From Phoronis australis (lineage: Eukaryota; Animalia; Phoronida): DNA of 64,000 nt. The stretch spans positions 134,440 through 198,439 of the forward strand of contig NMRA01000536.1 of the NCBI GenBank assembly GCA_002633005.1, in the 5' to 3' direction. The position numbers and the translations under genes were made by a program. Positions 36,836-51,000 of this stretch are shown piece by piece. Numbering within the stretch: position 1 is the stretch's first letter; each line of letters begins with the position of its first letter. The notes beneath the pieces are model-generated. The model did not search any database and was not told the origin of the DNA. It saw nothing but the letters and a program-made list of their open reading frames with translations.

Positions 36836-37866
36836 GATTGAGGTTCGAAATTTCTGCGCATTTCTTCTACGAAGGAGGTTTGGTGTATCAGACGAGTCCT
36901 AAAATGCAAGGAACGTAACGAAAGTAACACTCTGGAGAAATTGCATTCGCCATACAAAGTGGAATTATCGAATTCTGTGATTTGTACACATGTTGATCCA
37001 TCCAACACATTACATGTAATATGTAATTTTCTCGCCACCCTCCGTGAAATAAACAGATTTCCGTCATCACTTTGAGAATTGGGAGCTTGAAATTACGATG
37101 TCTAATTGTTGGAAAGGTTGACCAATCTAGTAATTACTTTTTGCTTCTCAATGCCGTGGCAGATAGGCTTACTGATGTTTTGGAATGGTATTCATTTTCC
37201 ATCATGGTATGGTAGGATTTGACATGTTATCGGTATAGTGCTAACCTCATTGGCAATTTGGGTTAAAGATGATGAGTATTGTGGAAATGTCACTAAAATT
37301 ATTACTCGAGGCTATGTTTAGTACGTGCGAGCGTGTGCCTAGGCGTCGCTTACAGCTCCAGGTTTTACGTTCTCATGTTTAAAGTTGTAGCTTTGGCCTA
37401 GTATTGGACCTTGTTTTAACAACATTTAAAAAGCCGCATTTCACACTGGCTTGCTGGCTATCGCGAAAATCTAATTAGGCCTTTTAGTTTTATAGAATCG
37501 GGTGGATGATATTCCTTGGCTTAGTAGTATTCCATATCCGTTACCAACTCAAGTCACAGACTATTCTTACATGCGCCATTTTCGAATTTGCAATTTTAGG
37601 TTGAGCCAATGCCAATAAATTCTGAAGCGTTTTCTGGAGTCGTTCATGGTTTTAATGTTCTTCGTTGGTATCTGTTACATAAAAGTAAAAGAACTAACTT
37701 GATTTTGTTTTTTGACAGATAAATAGGGCAAAATGCAGGATTAAACGATTAATTTCCACCATCTTTGTCTGCTGTATAAATTAATTTAACCTTCACTCAC
37801 ATCCCAATTACTTCTTCCTTTTGACTAAAATGCTCCGCAAGAGTAAAGGTGAACGCACGCTGGGTT

Positions 37867-39487
37867 CAGTGGCGGATCTACGTTTTCAGCAAGGGGGAGT
37901 TTAGGATTCCCGCCAAGGTCGAATCCTAGGCGCGTGGCGCCGAGCGGGGAGAGGTCGGCAGGGGGGTTTCCCCTCCCGTGTAAGATATTTTTTGTTTTTG
38001 TAGCCAAATAGTGAAATTTCCATGCATCCTGGTAAGTTTCTGGCACTTAACATGTCTCTGGAGTTTTTCTTAAGATAATTAAAAACCCTTCTCGATTTCG
38101 TCACTTGGCTCATAAGTTTCGTGAAACCATATTGTGCACATCTGGGTATGAGTCACGCCACCAACAAAAATTTTTGTTCNNNNNNNNNNNNNNNNNNNNN
38201 NNNNNNNNNNNNNNNNNNNNNNNNNNNNNNNNNNNNNNNNNNNNNNNNNNNNNNNNNNNNNNNNNNNNNNNNNNNNNNNNNNNNNNNNNNNNNNNNNNNN
38301 NNNNNNNNNNNNNNNNNNNNNNNNNNNNNNNNNNNNNNNNNNNNNNNNNNNNNNNNNNNNNNNNNNNNNNNNNNNNNNNNNNNNNNNNNNNNNNNNNNNN
38401 NNNNNNNNNNNNNNNNNNNNNNNNNNNNNNNNNNNNNNNNNNNNNNNNNNNNNNNNNNNNNNNNNNNNNNNNNNNNNNNNNNNNNNNNNNNNNNNNNNNN
38501 NNNNNNNNNNNNNNNNNNNNNNNNNNNNNNNNNNNNNNNNNNNNNNNNNNNNNNNNNNNNNNNNNNNNNNNNNNNNNNNNNNNNNNNNNNNNNNNNNNNN
38601 NNNNNNNNNNNNNNNNNNNNNNNNNNNNNNNNNNNNNNNNNNNNNNNNNNNNNNNNNNNNNNNNNNNNNNNNNNNNNNNNNNNNNNNNNNNNNNNNNNNN
38701 NNNNNNNNNNNNNNNNNNNNNNNNNNNNNNNNNNNNNNNNNNNNNNNNNNNNNNNNNNNNNNNNNNNNNNNNNNNNNNNNNNNNNNNNNNNNNNNNNNNN
38801 NNNNNNNNNNNNNNNNNNNNNNNNNNNNNNNNNNNNNNNNNNNNNNNNNNNNNNNNNNNNNNNNNNNNNNNNNNNNNNNNNNNNNNNNNNNNNNNNNNNN
38901 NNNNNNNNNNNNNNNNNNNNNNNNNNNNATGTACATGTACACAATATTACATGTACATGTACACTGTATGATATTGCGCAAGACAACTTTACTATACATC
39001 AGTTACAAACGTGTGGAGTGTAATAGAACGACACGGCATGACAGATGAGGTAAAAACATGCACGTCAATTCGCCTGAATATCAGAGTTGCGGCACCGCAG
39101 AATTTCCCCTAATCAAATCAAAATATATCTTAGAGTAAAGAAGCTAGTTACCAAAAGAAATCAGCTATAGAACTGCTCATTCAACGGTGAATCCATCTAA
39201 AATGCTTGGCTACTTCAGAAGTGTCGACGGAGGCGCGCGCACAATTAATCCCCGCGCGTTTTGCCGATGAGCCACAAAGACTCAGCAATTCACAATGCAA
39301 AAAACTATTATTTTCAGAGTGAACCCCCCCTCAATTTTTTTAAGTTGGTTTACTTGGGGTTTACACACGCTGGCGGTGCCGTTTTTGTTTTGCTGGATAC
39401 GCTTTTGTTTTTTTTTTAATGTTTGGGTCCTGGCCCTAGGGGGGGGGGGGTTTAAACCCCCTGAACCCCCCCGTAGATCCGCCACTG
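37867..39487. mobile_element. hAT-like non-autonomous element (TIR cagtggcggatcta), interrupted by a gap
   Basis: cagtggcggatctacg ... cgtagatccgccactg; both arms are homologous, in inverted orientation, to the arms of 42497-44633. Confidence 0.8.
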
Positions 39488-40629
39488 CCCGGGTTTAACA
39501 AAGATGTCGCCAGAAATTTGCTTACTAAGCACACGTGACTATTGTCGAATTGCCGGTAAATATCCTTCCGTGAAGTCAACCCACGAAGAGAAATCACTGC
39601 GCAGCCAATCGACTGCAACCCCTAATGTGAGCTCTGTAATAGATTGTACTTACGTTGTCTGTCCCGTCTTTTCCTGATGACCGTATTCTAGTCGGGAAAA
39701 TCTTTCGACAAGCACATAAAAAATATTCCAACGTCTTACACATTCGTGTGTCGGTCAAACTGAGTTGAAACTTGGCTATAAAGGACATACGTCATCCATT
39801 GTTGCCTGCGTGGAAAAACTGCAGTGTGGCGGTATAGTGTAGCGTAGTGTCTTGTTTTTATGTCATGTTGTGAAAAGGGAGTTCGCTAGAATTAAATTAA
39901 GTATGCATTTGTTATCAGAACAGTAAAATAGAAATGATGATGATTCCGATTATCTTTAGGTCTAAAAATAATCGTGTCCAATTTAGATTCTAAATAGCTT
40001 ACAAAATGTCAGCATTTTAAGAGAGGAGGCTGGAGTAGGATTCAGATCTCAATTTGACAAGTGCGCGGCTTTTTACAGACCACGCACGCGAATACGAGTC
40101 AAAAAATCCCTTAGAGTCTACAGTCAAGTGACCTAAATGCCTTACGTTTTGGCACATTTTGCGTATTTAATTGGAAATACTACAGGCTGTTGAAAATTCT
40201 TTACCGGAATGAAGACTTTCCTTTACGGAATTGTTCTGTTACTATCTTGTCACCGAAAGCATATTTATGTTCTGACAAATCTCTAAAAACCACAGCTAAC
40301 AAATCGTCAGAGAATCTAAATATCGGACACCATGTTTCTGCGTACGCAACATCGCGGAAAACTGACTAACCAAGTAATGGCCGTGGGCACCTTGCCGCTC
40401 GTATGTTTTGATATATTTGCTGCTGACATTACAGCGGAAAAATGGTGCCATTTATTTCTCACATTAAGCTTAAAGTAAGATTTTATGTAATGTCCGATAA
40501 TTGGGATCCGTCCGATATTTAGTTACACGATATGTACTAAGAAAATGACGCGAAATAATAACTCGACAAATCACCTAAGGAGGGCTATCTTTGGCCAAAT
40601 GGATGAACACTAAGCACTTAAATTACGCG

Positions 40630-41200
40630 GGTACATTAACTTTAGGGTCAATACGTAAAATGATATATGAAATTGTTTGCCAAAACAAAATTTTGCCTAT
40701 TGCCCAAAAAGATTTCAAGAAGAAGGTTATAACATTAGAAGTGATGACTGGAAAAAATTCTATTCATTGCCTTTTAAACTACTTCCGATTTCAAGTTATG
40801 TACACTGCAGTTTAAACTATTACATAGAATACTTGTAAAGAACTTTTCTCTGGACTTTGATGTATGTGCTTTCTGCCAGTCACAAACTGAAACAGTGGAC
40901 CACATCCTTTTCGAATGCAATAACATAAAAATCTTCACAACAGTTACGTAGTTGGGTGTTGTTGGTAAAAGGTATAAATATGGTTATTAACAAAAAACAA
41001 TCATTTTTGGCATGTCTATAAGTAACGAAAATAAAGTTTTAAATTGAATACTTTTGCAATTAAAACATTTTTACGTATTCAGGTGTAAAAAATAATCCTC
41101 AGCTTCTGTCATTTCCTTGAGGTATTAGAAAAAGAATTTATATTAAAAAATGAAGTTAAATAATGGTAATTTAGATGAATACCATGGAACCTGGAGAAAC
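40630..41200 (+). mobile_element. 3' fragment of an L1/Tx1-type LINE ORF2
   Basis: Degenerate translation includes DWKKFYSLPF and the CCHC knuckle CAFCQSQTETVDHILFEC (~40865-40920). Confidence 0.65.
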
Positions 41201-42079
41201 TTTTAACCATAACTCTTTCCTGATAACATCCTACTAAAAGTGGGTGGGTAAGTTGGTTAAGAGGTGGGGGTGCATGTGTGTATGTTAAGAGTGACAATGT
41301 TCATTCCCAAGATAATGTAGGACCATAGATTGGAGTGTTTGAAGGCTACAAATTCTTCAGTCATTGCGATGCAAAACATGCACTGCTGTCAGGGACTTCA
41401 ATTGTGAAGAAATAATACACTTGTTAATGAACAGCATACTGCTCTAGCTCAAGAATTTAATTTCTAGGTGTTGCTACAGTCTAACTGTACAGTGCCACCA
41501 AGGGAAGATTTCTAGCCGCGAGTGCACGACTAATAACGTTGTGTGGGTTCAGCTGTTCATTTCCACACAATCTCAATCTTGTGTGTTCTACTGCGCTAAT
41601 TATTCATACCTCAATCTGGGAATCGATCAGTCTGGACACCCGTCATGTTTTTGGGGTGTGTGACTTCACTGATAAAGTCAAGAGTGAATTGTTGAGAAAA
41701 AAAAGATCGCCAGTCCAATAATAGTCTACTCCAAAAATTGTCAAAAGATACGACAATCAGTCATCAGAGGTAATCGGCTTTGATTGTTCTGTGTCATTTT
41801 TGGAAGTGAGTGAAGCAACATGATCGACAGCAAAGTTTCAGATCAAACTCTCTTGTGTTGCGGTAGAGGGCGAAATTAACAAATTCGAATGAAAGACGTA
41901 GCTTCGGATATAAGCTTCAAAAAATCCATTAATTGCTTCAAACTTTTTCTAGCAGACTTTTGTTGACGGCACATGACATGGAAACTACGGTATCTTATCA
42001 GTGAAGGCGTTTCTGACCTTGTTGTCACTATCATGTATATTTATATTTGATATGCGAGCGTAGACGGACAAACGTTGCC

Positions 42080-45000
42080 ATGAAAGGACTATTCGTGTTG
42101 TATCTTGCGCTCACTGCCGTCCACGCGGCCAAAACCTCGTACAAGCAAATTCAGTTTTCAAACTGCGGTAAGAATCACAGTGGTATTCACATCTGCTAAT
42201 TGTCGGTGATAAGAAATCATTTGCAATCCAAGATACCATTTTAGGTAATTTCTAGAAATCTGCTATGACAGATGTATTCAATGCTGCCAAAAGTGTCATC
42301 GTCTTGAATTCACGAAAGTGACTAAGGCTTAGGACAGACATTTAGCCCCACGCTCCCAATTGACATTTTCTGAATTAAGATAATTATGACCCTATCATAG
42401 CCATAAAAGAATTATTTCAGAAACTAGCAGTTATTATCAGAGGCTTTTGATATTTGCAAGCGTGAGATCTAATTATTTTTCAAAAATAGTTGTGTGCAGT
42501 GGCGGATCTACGGGGGGTTCAGGGGGTTTAACCCCCCCTTGGGCCAGGACCCAAAAATAAAAAACAAAAACGTCTCCAGCAAAAACAAAAACGGCACCGC
42601 TAGCGTCTGTAAACCCAACTTGGAAAAAAATTGAGGGGGGGTTCACTCTGAAAATATAATTTTTGGCATAACTAGGCAAAACGCGCGGAGATCAATTGTG
42701 CGCGCACTTCCGTCGACACTTCCGAAGTAGTCAAGTATTTTAGATGGATCCACCGCTGAAAGAGCAGTTCTGTAGCTGATTTCTTTAGGTAACTAGCTTC
42801 TTTACTCTAAGATATGTTTTGATTTAATTAGGGGAAATACTGTAGTGCCGCAACCCTGGTATTCAGGCGAATTGATGTGCAACGTTTTTACCTCATCTGT
42901 CATGCCGTGTCATTCTATTACACTCCATGATGTATAGTAAAATTGTCTTGCGCAATATCATATAGTGTACAGGTACATGTAATATTTTTGAAAAAAATCT
43001 TTTTCCGGAGAATTTCTATTGTGGCGGGCGCCGTGGTCTAGTCGCGAGTCCGTTTGAAGATACACTCTAACAAGTTATGTCTATACAAGGAATGACCAAA
43101 GGGGCACTCACATTGACAAAGTGACCGCATTTGCGAACAGAGTACAGTACCAGAAATTGAGAGGAGGTTTTTCTTTCATAACAAAGTCTTAGGGACTCGT
43201 GCGATGTTCAATAGGCCTCCTAAGGATCCTTAGTTCCGACCTCAACTCCTACCGTCTTTCTACCTGCCATAAGCACACTGTCGTCTTCTATACTGGGAAT
43301 TTCCGCAAAAAGGCCCTTCCGATGAAACGCTTATGCACATGGACATTTATTTGATGTTAGTACTTCGGGTTTCAAGCGTTCAGACATTAGGACGTTTATT
43401 TCGAAAATTGCAAGAGATGCGAATAGGGCCTGGGATATATCGTCAAGGTTTGAAGTAGTCCATGTCTTGATAAGCGGATCAAATTTAGTTGCGCATGTAA
43501 GTCTTTTGAATGGACTTGGCAACCTCAAGGGTCTTAGTGCCAACTGAGCTGCGAAACGAGACGCTGACATTGTAGAAGCTTACAAGCTCATTGACACAGC
43601 AGTTGACGAAGTGCAAGCATTGGAAACAAACATCGAAGATATCTGGGTAGAATGGTTCCAAGACGAACAAACCATTTTATCCGATATACAGATTCCTCTG
43701 TAGCCTAAACAACAGAAGGATAGGACTAACGTATGAGTAACCACTGGGGATTAAAAAGTGTCTAGAGCGAAGTTTTCAATTCATAATTTTTTGCATAGTA
43801 CACTTTAGGTCTCGCGACGGACCAGGCCAGCTTGACTTGTGAATATGTTGAGTTTCAGTGTACTTCTGGTCCCTCGGCGAACTAGTCTCTTGTGATTTTT
43901 TTTACCAAAGTGTGCTTTGTAAAACTATTTATCTCAGCCAGCACTGTTTGGTCCCGCGACAGATCGACTATTTGTATAGGGATAGTAAGCACAGGTGTAC
44001 TCTTGGTCTCGTGACGGACCAGTTCAGTTTTTTGTGTACTCTCAGTGTACTTCTGGTCCCTCTGCAAACTAGTCCAGTATATCTTTTCACCACTGTGCAC
44101 ACGATATCTTGGTTTCGTGAAACTGTTTTCAGATGATTTGTTTCCTGAAACATTTGACGTTTTTCAATTGTTGTCAGCGTGATTCAGCTTAATAAAGGGA
44201 TACTTAATTATTTATTGTCGCTTTTAATAATAGACTATGAGGTGAGAGCACCATCGTTCGCCAGTTTTCTCGTAACGAGACAGAACACATGTTTATTTCC
44301 TGACTAACAGTACAGGTCTTCGTTCTAAAACAACTTAAGGCTGCTGTTTCGCGATCAACTGATACATGTATTCAAGTTTTTACGCCCCGTCGGTGCTCCT
44401 TAATTATGCTCTTGAATATTTGGAAGTTGTCTAAACCCCTGTATACACACCACACTTTATGCCAGAAACTTACCAGGATGCATAGAACTTTCACTATTTG
44501 GCTACAAAAACAAAAAATGTCTTACACGGGAGGGGGGAACCCCCGACCTGTCCCCTCTCAGCGCCACGCGCCTAGGATTCGACCTTTGCGGGAATCCTAA
44601 ACCCCCCTTACTGAAACCATAGATCCGCCACTGGTGTGGAGCGTAACTCCAATTGACTGACTTGAGTCTTAAGTCACCTTTCATAAAACATACGCTAGGT
44701 GTCGTGGTTAAAGGCGTCGAACGTATGATGGGTTTGCGACAGAAATTAGGTAAAGTTGTGCTACAGGTGAACGACAGATCCATGACACAGAGGTAGTCGG
44801 AGAGCTTAGATTGTGGTACGAAGTTATCAATAGCATATTATGCTCGTTCTGCGCTCCTCCGTGCGTTTATAATATGAATACAGAATTCAAATTATCTTAC
44901 AGCAATCGTTCCATTTTCTTTGCAAAACATTGGTCTACTGTTGCACGACAATCGAATAAGGAATCAGTACTTGGATTTTCATTTAGCCTAACATCGACAA

Positions 45001-47979
45001 ACGTACGAACCGTGCATGTTTGATGTACGTTGTCTCGTTGCACCATTTTAAAATCGTACTGTACTGCAGAAGGCTAAGGCTTCATGCAACTTACTTTCAC
45101 GTATTTCAATATTCCGTATACGTAACGTGCATGCCCATCATAATAGATGATACTTTGTTGAGGATTTCAGCTGTAGACTTAGTAGTCTTCGTTTGACGTT
45201 TTACCTCAGCGTTCTGCATCCCAATACAACGTCACCTATTGGCGAAAATTTGGTCGTAATTACGCCCGAGACTTCGCTCGCGTTTTACGACCGTAATCAT
45301 CTTCGTTATGTCCAACGAGAAATTGGTTTGTAGGCCGCTCTCGGTATTTTACGCTTACTATTTGCTCGTAATTTTATGCTCCTAATTTTAGCAAGTAGGC
45401 GTTACATTTAAGTACCACCTCCCGAGACCACCAGCTAACCAACTAATACTCAGTTGATATTGTTTTGTGGTGCCAATGGTTTCTTATTCAAATGTTCTTA
45501 ATAGACAACGAACGATTTACCAGCAACATTAAGAAATGCTACTGCATTACCCCCGAAAACCTTTTTAACCTATGTTTTTGCAATGTCATGTATCATTTAC
45601 ACGCACCGTTACCTGGTAAGAGTTCCATTGAACTTGACCTAAATATTGAAAATCATGGCAATTTTAACAAATACAATAAAAGCATTGTCAGACAACCTGT
45701 TACACATATATATATATATATATACATTTTGGCACTTAAATATGTACTAAAACGGGCCACTTTCAAATGCCTGGGATGGGTAGGGAACCAAGTAAAAACA
45801 TTTCAGTCAGTCTTCGATGTTTTTTCGGCAACCTTTTGGATTTATATACTTTGCACCTGAGATTTTACCGTGTGAGCGTTTCATAACACGAGCAAACATA
45901 CAAGGGTAATATTAGGAGCGTAAAATGTGCTTCAGAGCTCACGTGACCTACACAACAAATTCTCATTGGATATAATTACGGTAGTCAATCACAAACGAAG
46001 TCTCGCGTAATTACGGATGACACTTTCACCCGAACGGAACAATGCCTTTGTATAATTCAGATGCGAAAGCCCGAATACGAGTGAATGCCTTGGATGTCTC
46101 ACCAATGCCCGTTGGTGTTCCGGGCGAGGTTGAAGTCTCCGTCGATGCCTCTGTCAGCCGGGACATTCCGGGACCCGCTAGTCTTCAGTTGAAAATAAAT
46201 CAAGAGCGACTACTATTCTCACCCAAAATACCATGCCTCGGCAATGTAGGATCATGGTAGGAGTCCAAAAGGTTTTATTTTATTTTATGTGCAAAGTATA
46301 CGTATCAATAACCTAACAGCGGTATTTTTATGAATGCAAAGCCACAGTTAGGCGAATTACATAAAAATTGTCTTGCAGTTACAACAATGTACCTGGTTTT
46401 ACTACGGCACCGTAAGATAATCGATACTGTAATAACAAAGACTATAATTAAAGCAATATCAGAACATGTTAACAGAAAGAAAAACAATAATGTTACTGCA
46501 ACATCGGCATTACCAACAGCAATTACGTTACCGCTACTATCATTATTTTGCTGTACTTTTAGGTTATGTTGAACCTTATCGACAAATCAGTGTAATTAGC
46601 CAAATACTTGCAATACTGTCGATTTTAACTCAGTAAAAGTATGTATTTTCTGACATCCAAAAGCATGAAGAATTTGGTTTTTAACTTTAACATTAATTGG
46701 GTCACGTAACCGAGAGGTTTACTTAAATTTACCAAAAAAGAAAGGTACATTAATAACAAAACAATGGTATCAATAACATTCACCTTTTATTACATAGAAA
46801 TGTTCAATATGAGATATCAAACACGCTGTACAGGTTTATTAAACATCGTTTCGTTTTTGTTTTATGCTAGTTTGTGTCATTTCATGAAAACCATGAAAAT
46901 TCTCATGCCAAAGTGTAACTTACATTTTAAAAACGATCCGAAACAGTGCATCGAAGAACATTGCATAACACTTATTATCTGAAAGTTTCATTTGACTTCA
47001 TTCAGCCATTTCTGAGATATCGTGTTCAGAAGTTAAAACAAATGTCTAACGTCCTACCGGTTGTTTTAGCTTTGTTAAATAAATGACTGCATGCACTTTG
47101 CATTTCACATAGCAAATACGACGACGTCTGCACAATTCTTGATCGCATGGAGTCGGAGAATTGGCTAAAGTTGTCCAGAGATGTGGCTGTCCAGCTTAAG
47201 GCTGTCATCAAGGACCAATTAGGTATTATGAAGACGTGCCCGTTGGCAGCCGGCAATTACACGATCAACAGCGCCAAAATTAAGTTGCCAAATATACCGA
47301 AAATTCTATCCATGTTTGCCACAGTAAGTAATTACGTGTACCCTAGTAAATAAGTAATTTCGTGTTCCCTAGTAATAGAATCGTGCTGTTCTGTTTGACA
47401 AGCGATAATAGATGTAAGTCGCAGCGGAAGGGCTCATAATAATATGAGTGTTTGTGCCCACAGTAGAAGTGGGGTCTGTCACTGGTAACATACAACGTAG
47501 CGCACCCTATTGGATTTTTTTGAAATTTAAATTTAGTCTCCCGAGGTGAGGCGCCTGCTTTTTCGTTCTTGTTTTTCTACATGACTATCAAGCTCAGAAC
47601 CCGTTTTAGTGCGATAGATTACTGCATTAAGGCATGATTCGAAAAAGTAAAGCTATTGGCTCATAGGGAGATTCTGAATCCATCAGGTGGTACTATTGAG
47701 TTAAAGCTCTTCTTTTTATTACCTGAATAGAGTGAGAGCAAGGTTTAGCTCTGTAGACGCAAGAATCTCACGAAGGAAGCCAGTATGATAACGTCCCTTG
47801 CTTTTTTTTTCTTTTTAATACATTTATTGCCCAGACAACATCACGTAGCCAGTCTGAGGTTGGGTGCCTCAGTTCTGGCTTTAACAAAAGTATATAATAG
47901 CGACTAATAGATATATAAGGCAATAAAATGTACCTGGAAAGGGGAAAGGGGAGAGGGGGAAGGACTTTCACGCGCCATT

Positions 47980-48022
<43 letters not shown>

Positions 48023-51000
48023 ACACACACACTCACACGCCGTGTTGAAATTATGTCTGGAGAAATTAGGTTCTATATAAATACGTACAAACATAAATAC
48101 ATACAAAAATAATAATATCAGTACAACTTTGATGATTTCTAGAATACTACTTAAAAGCATGCGTGCAGATCTCTCCATTTATCCATATTTGTGTCCGAGG
48201 TATCTGCTAAAATTGTGTTAATAAAAGTTTGTAATTTCAACTTGAAATCCTTAAAAAGAAGAGGCTTTTTACCTTTGATGCCTGGTAAATGAAGTAAAGT
48301 GCAAGTGTATTAATTTTATTGCAAATGAATTTCTGGTTTGTATTAGGGTTTTGAATAGAATCTAATATGTCCCACATCGTAAACATGTACTGGGTATTTA
48401 GGGCTTTATTTAAGAGTGTTTGCACTGATTCCCAAAAAGTCCTGACACATGTGCAATAATAAAACATATGAAATATAGTCTGTAACTCATCACAATAGGG
48501 GCACTTATCAGTATCAACCACCCCTATTTTGTATAAAGTAATATTTGTAAATATTCTTCTATGGGTAAAGAGGTACCTGAAGTTTTTTTAATTCAGGATT
48601 TATTGGGAGGCTGAAGGGTAAAAAATAAATTTCTCAAATTTTTTTTCATTATAATAATTACTTAACCACGCATAAGAGTCGGGTTTTTGTGCAAAAGTAT
48701 GTATATGTATAGTACAATTTTTAATCCAATCTTTACTACAACTGCTATAAATAATTAAATGAAAGTTGTTACAACCAACAGATCTTGGTTCTAGTTCACC
48801 AAGATGCTTCCTCAATGCACTAACAACAACTTTGTATTGGAATATACAAAAATTCTTGAGATTGTATATATTTTTGATAAAATCCCAACTAAGAATTTTA
48901 TTTTTATTATCTAGAAAATCTTCAGAAAATAAACAGTCCCGCTTCCAACATTTTCCGACAAAATACGGATTTATTGCTAAGTAAAATGTTTTGATTATTC
49001 CACAACACTTGTTTGTTAATAGGTATATTCTTAAAAACTTCTATATTCAAAGGCTCTAAGCTTTTCAGCACTTCAGTATAAAAGGAATTGTTAATTGACA
49101 TTTTCAAATTTCTTAAACGGAAGTTTGAGAAGAAAATAAGGCCTCCACCCAATTTTGTTAAAAGAGACTTGGGATGAAATTTCCAACTTCCATTTCCTTC
49201 TGAATTTAAACGTTTGACCCAGTTGAACATGAGGCTATTTTTAACTACTTGCACGCTAGGATATTTCAACCCTTCTTCTTCATATAGAAGTACAGTGACA
49301 GATTTCTTTATTCTTGGTGGCTTTCCACACCAAATAAAATCTCTAATTATTTGATCTATTTCTTTAATCCTATTTGTTGTAACTTCGATATTGGCTAAAA
49401 CGTGAACCAACGTAGACAAACCGTAAGTTTTTACAACATGAATGCTCCCGTGGTCGTCAAATGTCTAGTTTGCCAAATATTTAATAGATCTTTTAATTTC
49501 TGAGTTTTCTTGCCATAATTTAGCTGCTCAACTTCTTTATCATTTTGTCCGAAATATATTCCAAGACTTTTTATAGGTTTTTGAGACCCAGAGATGTTGT
49601 ACATTTTTTTAGGACAATGGGCACCACCTCGGGCAGAAATATATAAACCTTCGCACTTTTCAGGATTTAAATGCAAGCCAGAAATGTCTCCAAATAATTT
49701 TAAAAATTCAAAACATTCTTTTCCGGAATTCTTGTCTTGAATGAACAAAATGGTGTCCTCCGCGTACTGTGTTATTTTGTTTTCATTATTATAAATTTTT
49801 AAACCATGAAACTAATTATTCTTTCTGATAAAATATGGCATAAGTTCTGCTTTTAACACAAAAAGGTTACTTCACAGCGGATCACCCTGTCGTAAGCCTC
49901 TTTCAATGTCGAAATACCGAGTGGTGAATCCGTTATTTAGCACACAGGATGAGATTTTATTATACAAAATTTTTATTTTACATATTACCCCTTGTCCAAA
50001 ATTGAAGGCTTTTAAAGTTTTGAGTATGTAACCCAAATTTAAGGTGTCGTATGCCTTCTTGAAATCCAGGAATATAATTTGGCCATGTAGTTTATTTTGT
50101 TTGTAATATTCCAACAAATCTTTAACTAATCGAATATTTTGGCCAATATACCTTTTAGGTAATGATGTCTGATCAGGGTGAATCAATTTGTCTATGTACT
50201 TATAATTTCTATTGGTAATGGTTTTTGTGATCAATTTGTAGTCACAATTTAAGAAGGAGATTGGCCTCCAGTTATCTAACAACAAAAGTTCCTCACTGTT
50301 TTTGCTTTAGGGTATAAAAGTCAAGTTGTTTTCGTGTTTCGTTTGGGAAGTATACATTAAGCAAGGTAACATGTTCTTGTAAAATTGTACAATTAATCCA
50401 ATTATATCTCCCGTCTGTGGCGTTTATAGTTGAAATAATTTCCAAATCCAACTGTGGATGCAGTAAAATGACAGTTCCTTTTCTATGATTTGTCCCATGA
50501 CTTGCAATAATGGTTCCACCCCATTCACATTCCCATCTTGTAATAGACTCCGCGGTACTGTGTGTCTCTTGTAAATATATTACGTCATATCTTTTTAATT
50601 TCAACCATTTAAAAAGTTGTAAACGTTTTGTTACTGAATTTATACCCCGGACATTTAGAGATATGAATTTGATGCTTGTAATAGGCTACATGGCAACATC
50701 TCTCAAAGTCTTGCGAGTCTACGAAATGGACGCCAGAAAGCATTCGGCGTCTTTGGTCTAATGGTCATACGTGACTACCTGAATAAAACATTTTTACTGG
50801 TAAAATCCCCGTCGCACTAGAATAACCGGTTAAATTTAAAGTCGCCCATTATTTCGCTTATAAGTGCATGCGGGCGTTGCTTCACTTATTAGCGCAGACG
50901 ACTTTTCTGTTACATAGCCTTTTCGCAACAATTCTTTGTACTTTTTAGTTGCATTTCGCCCTTTTAGCGGGTTTGAAAACGAAAATATAAGATGCCTTTT

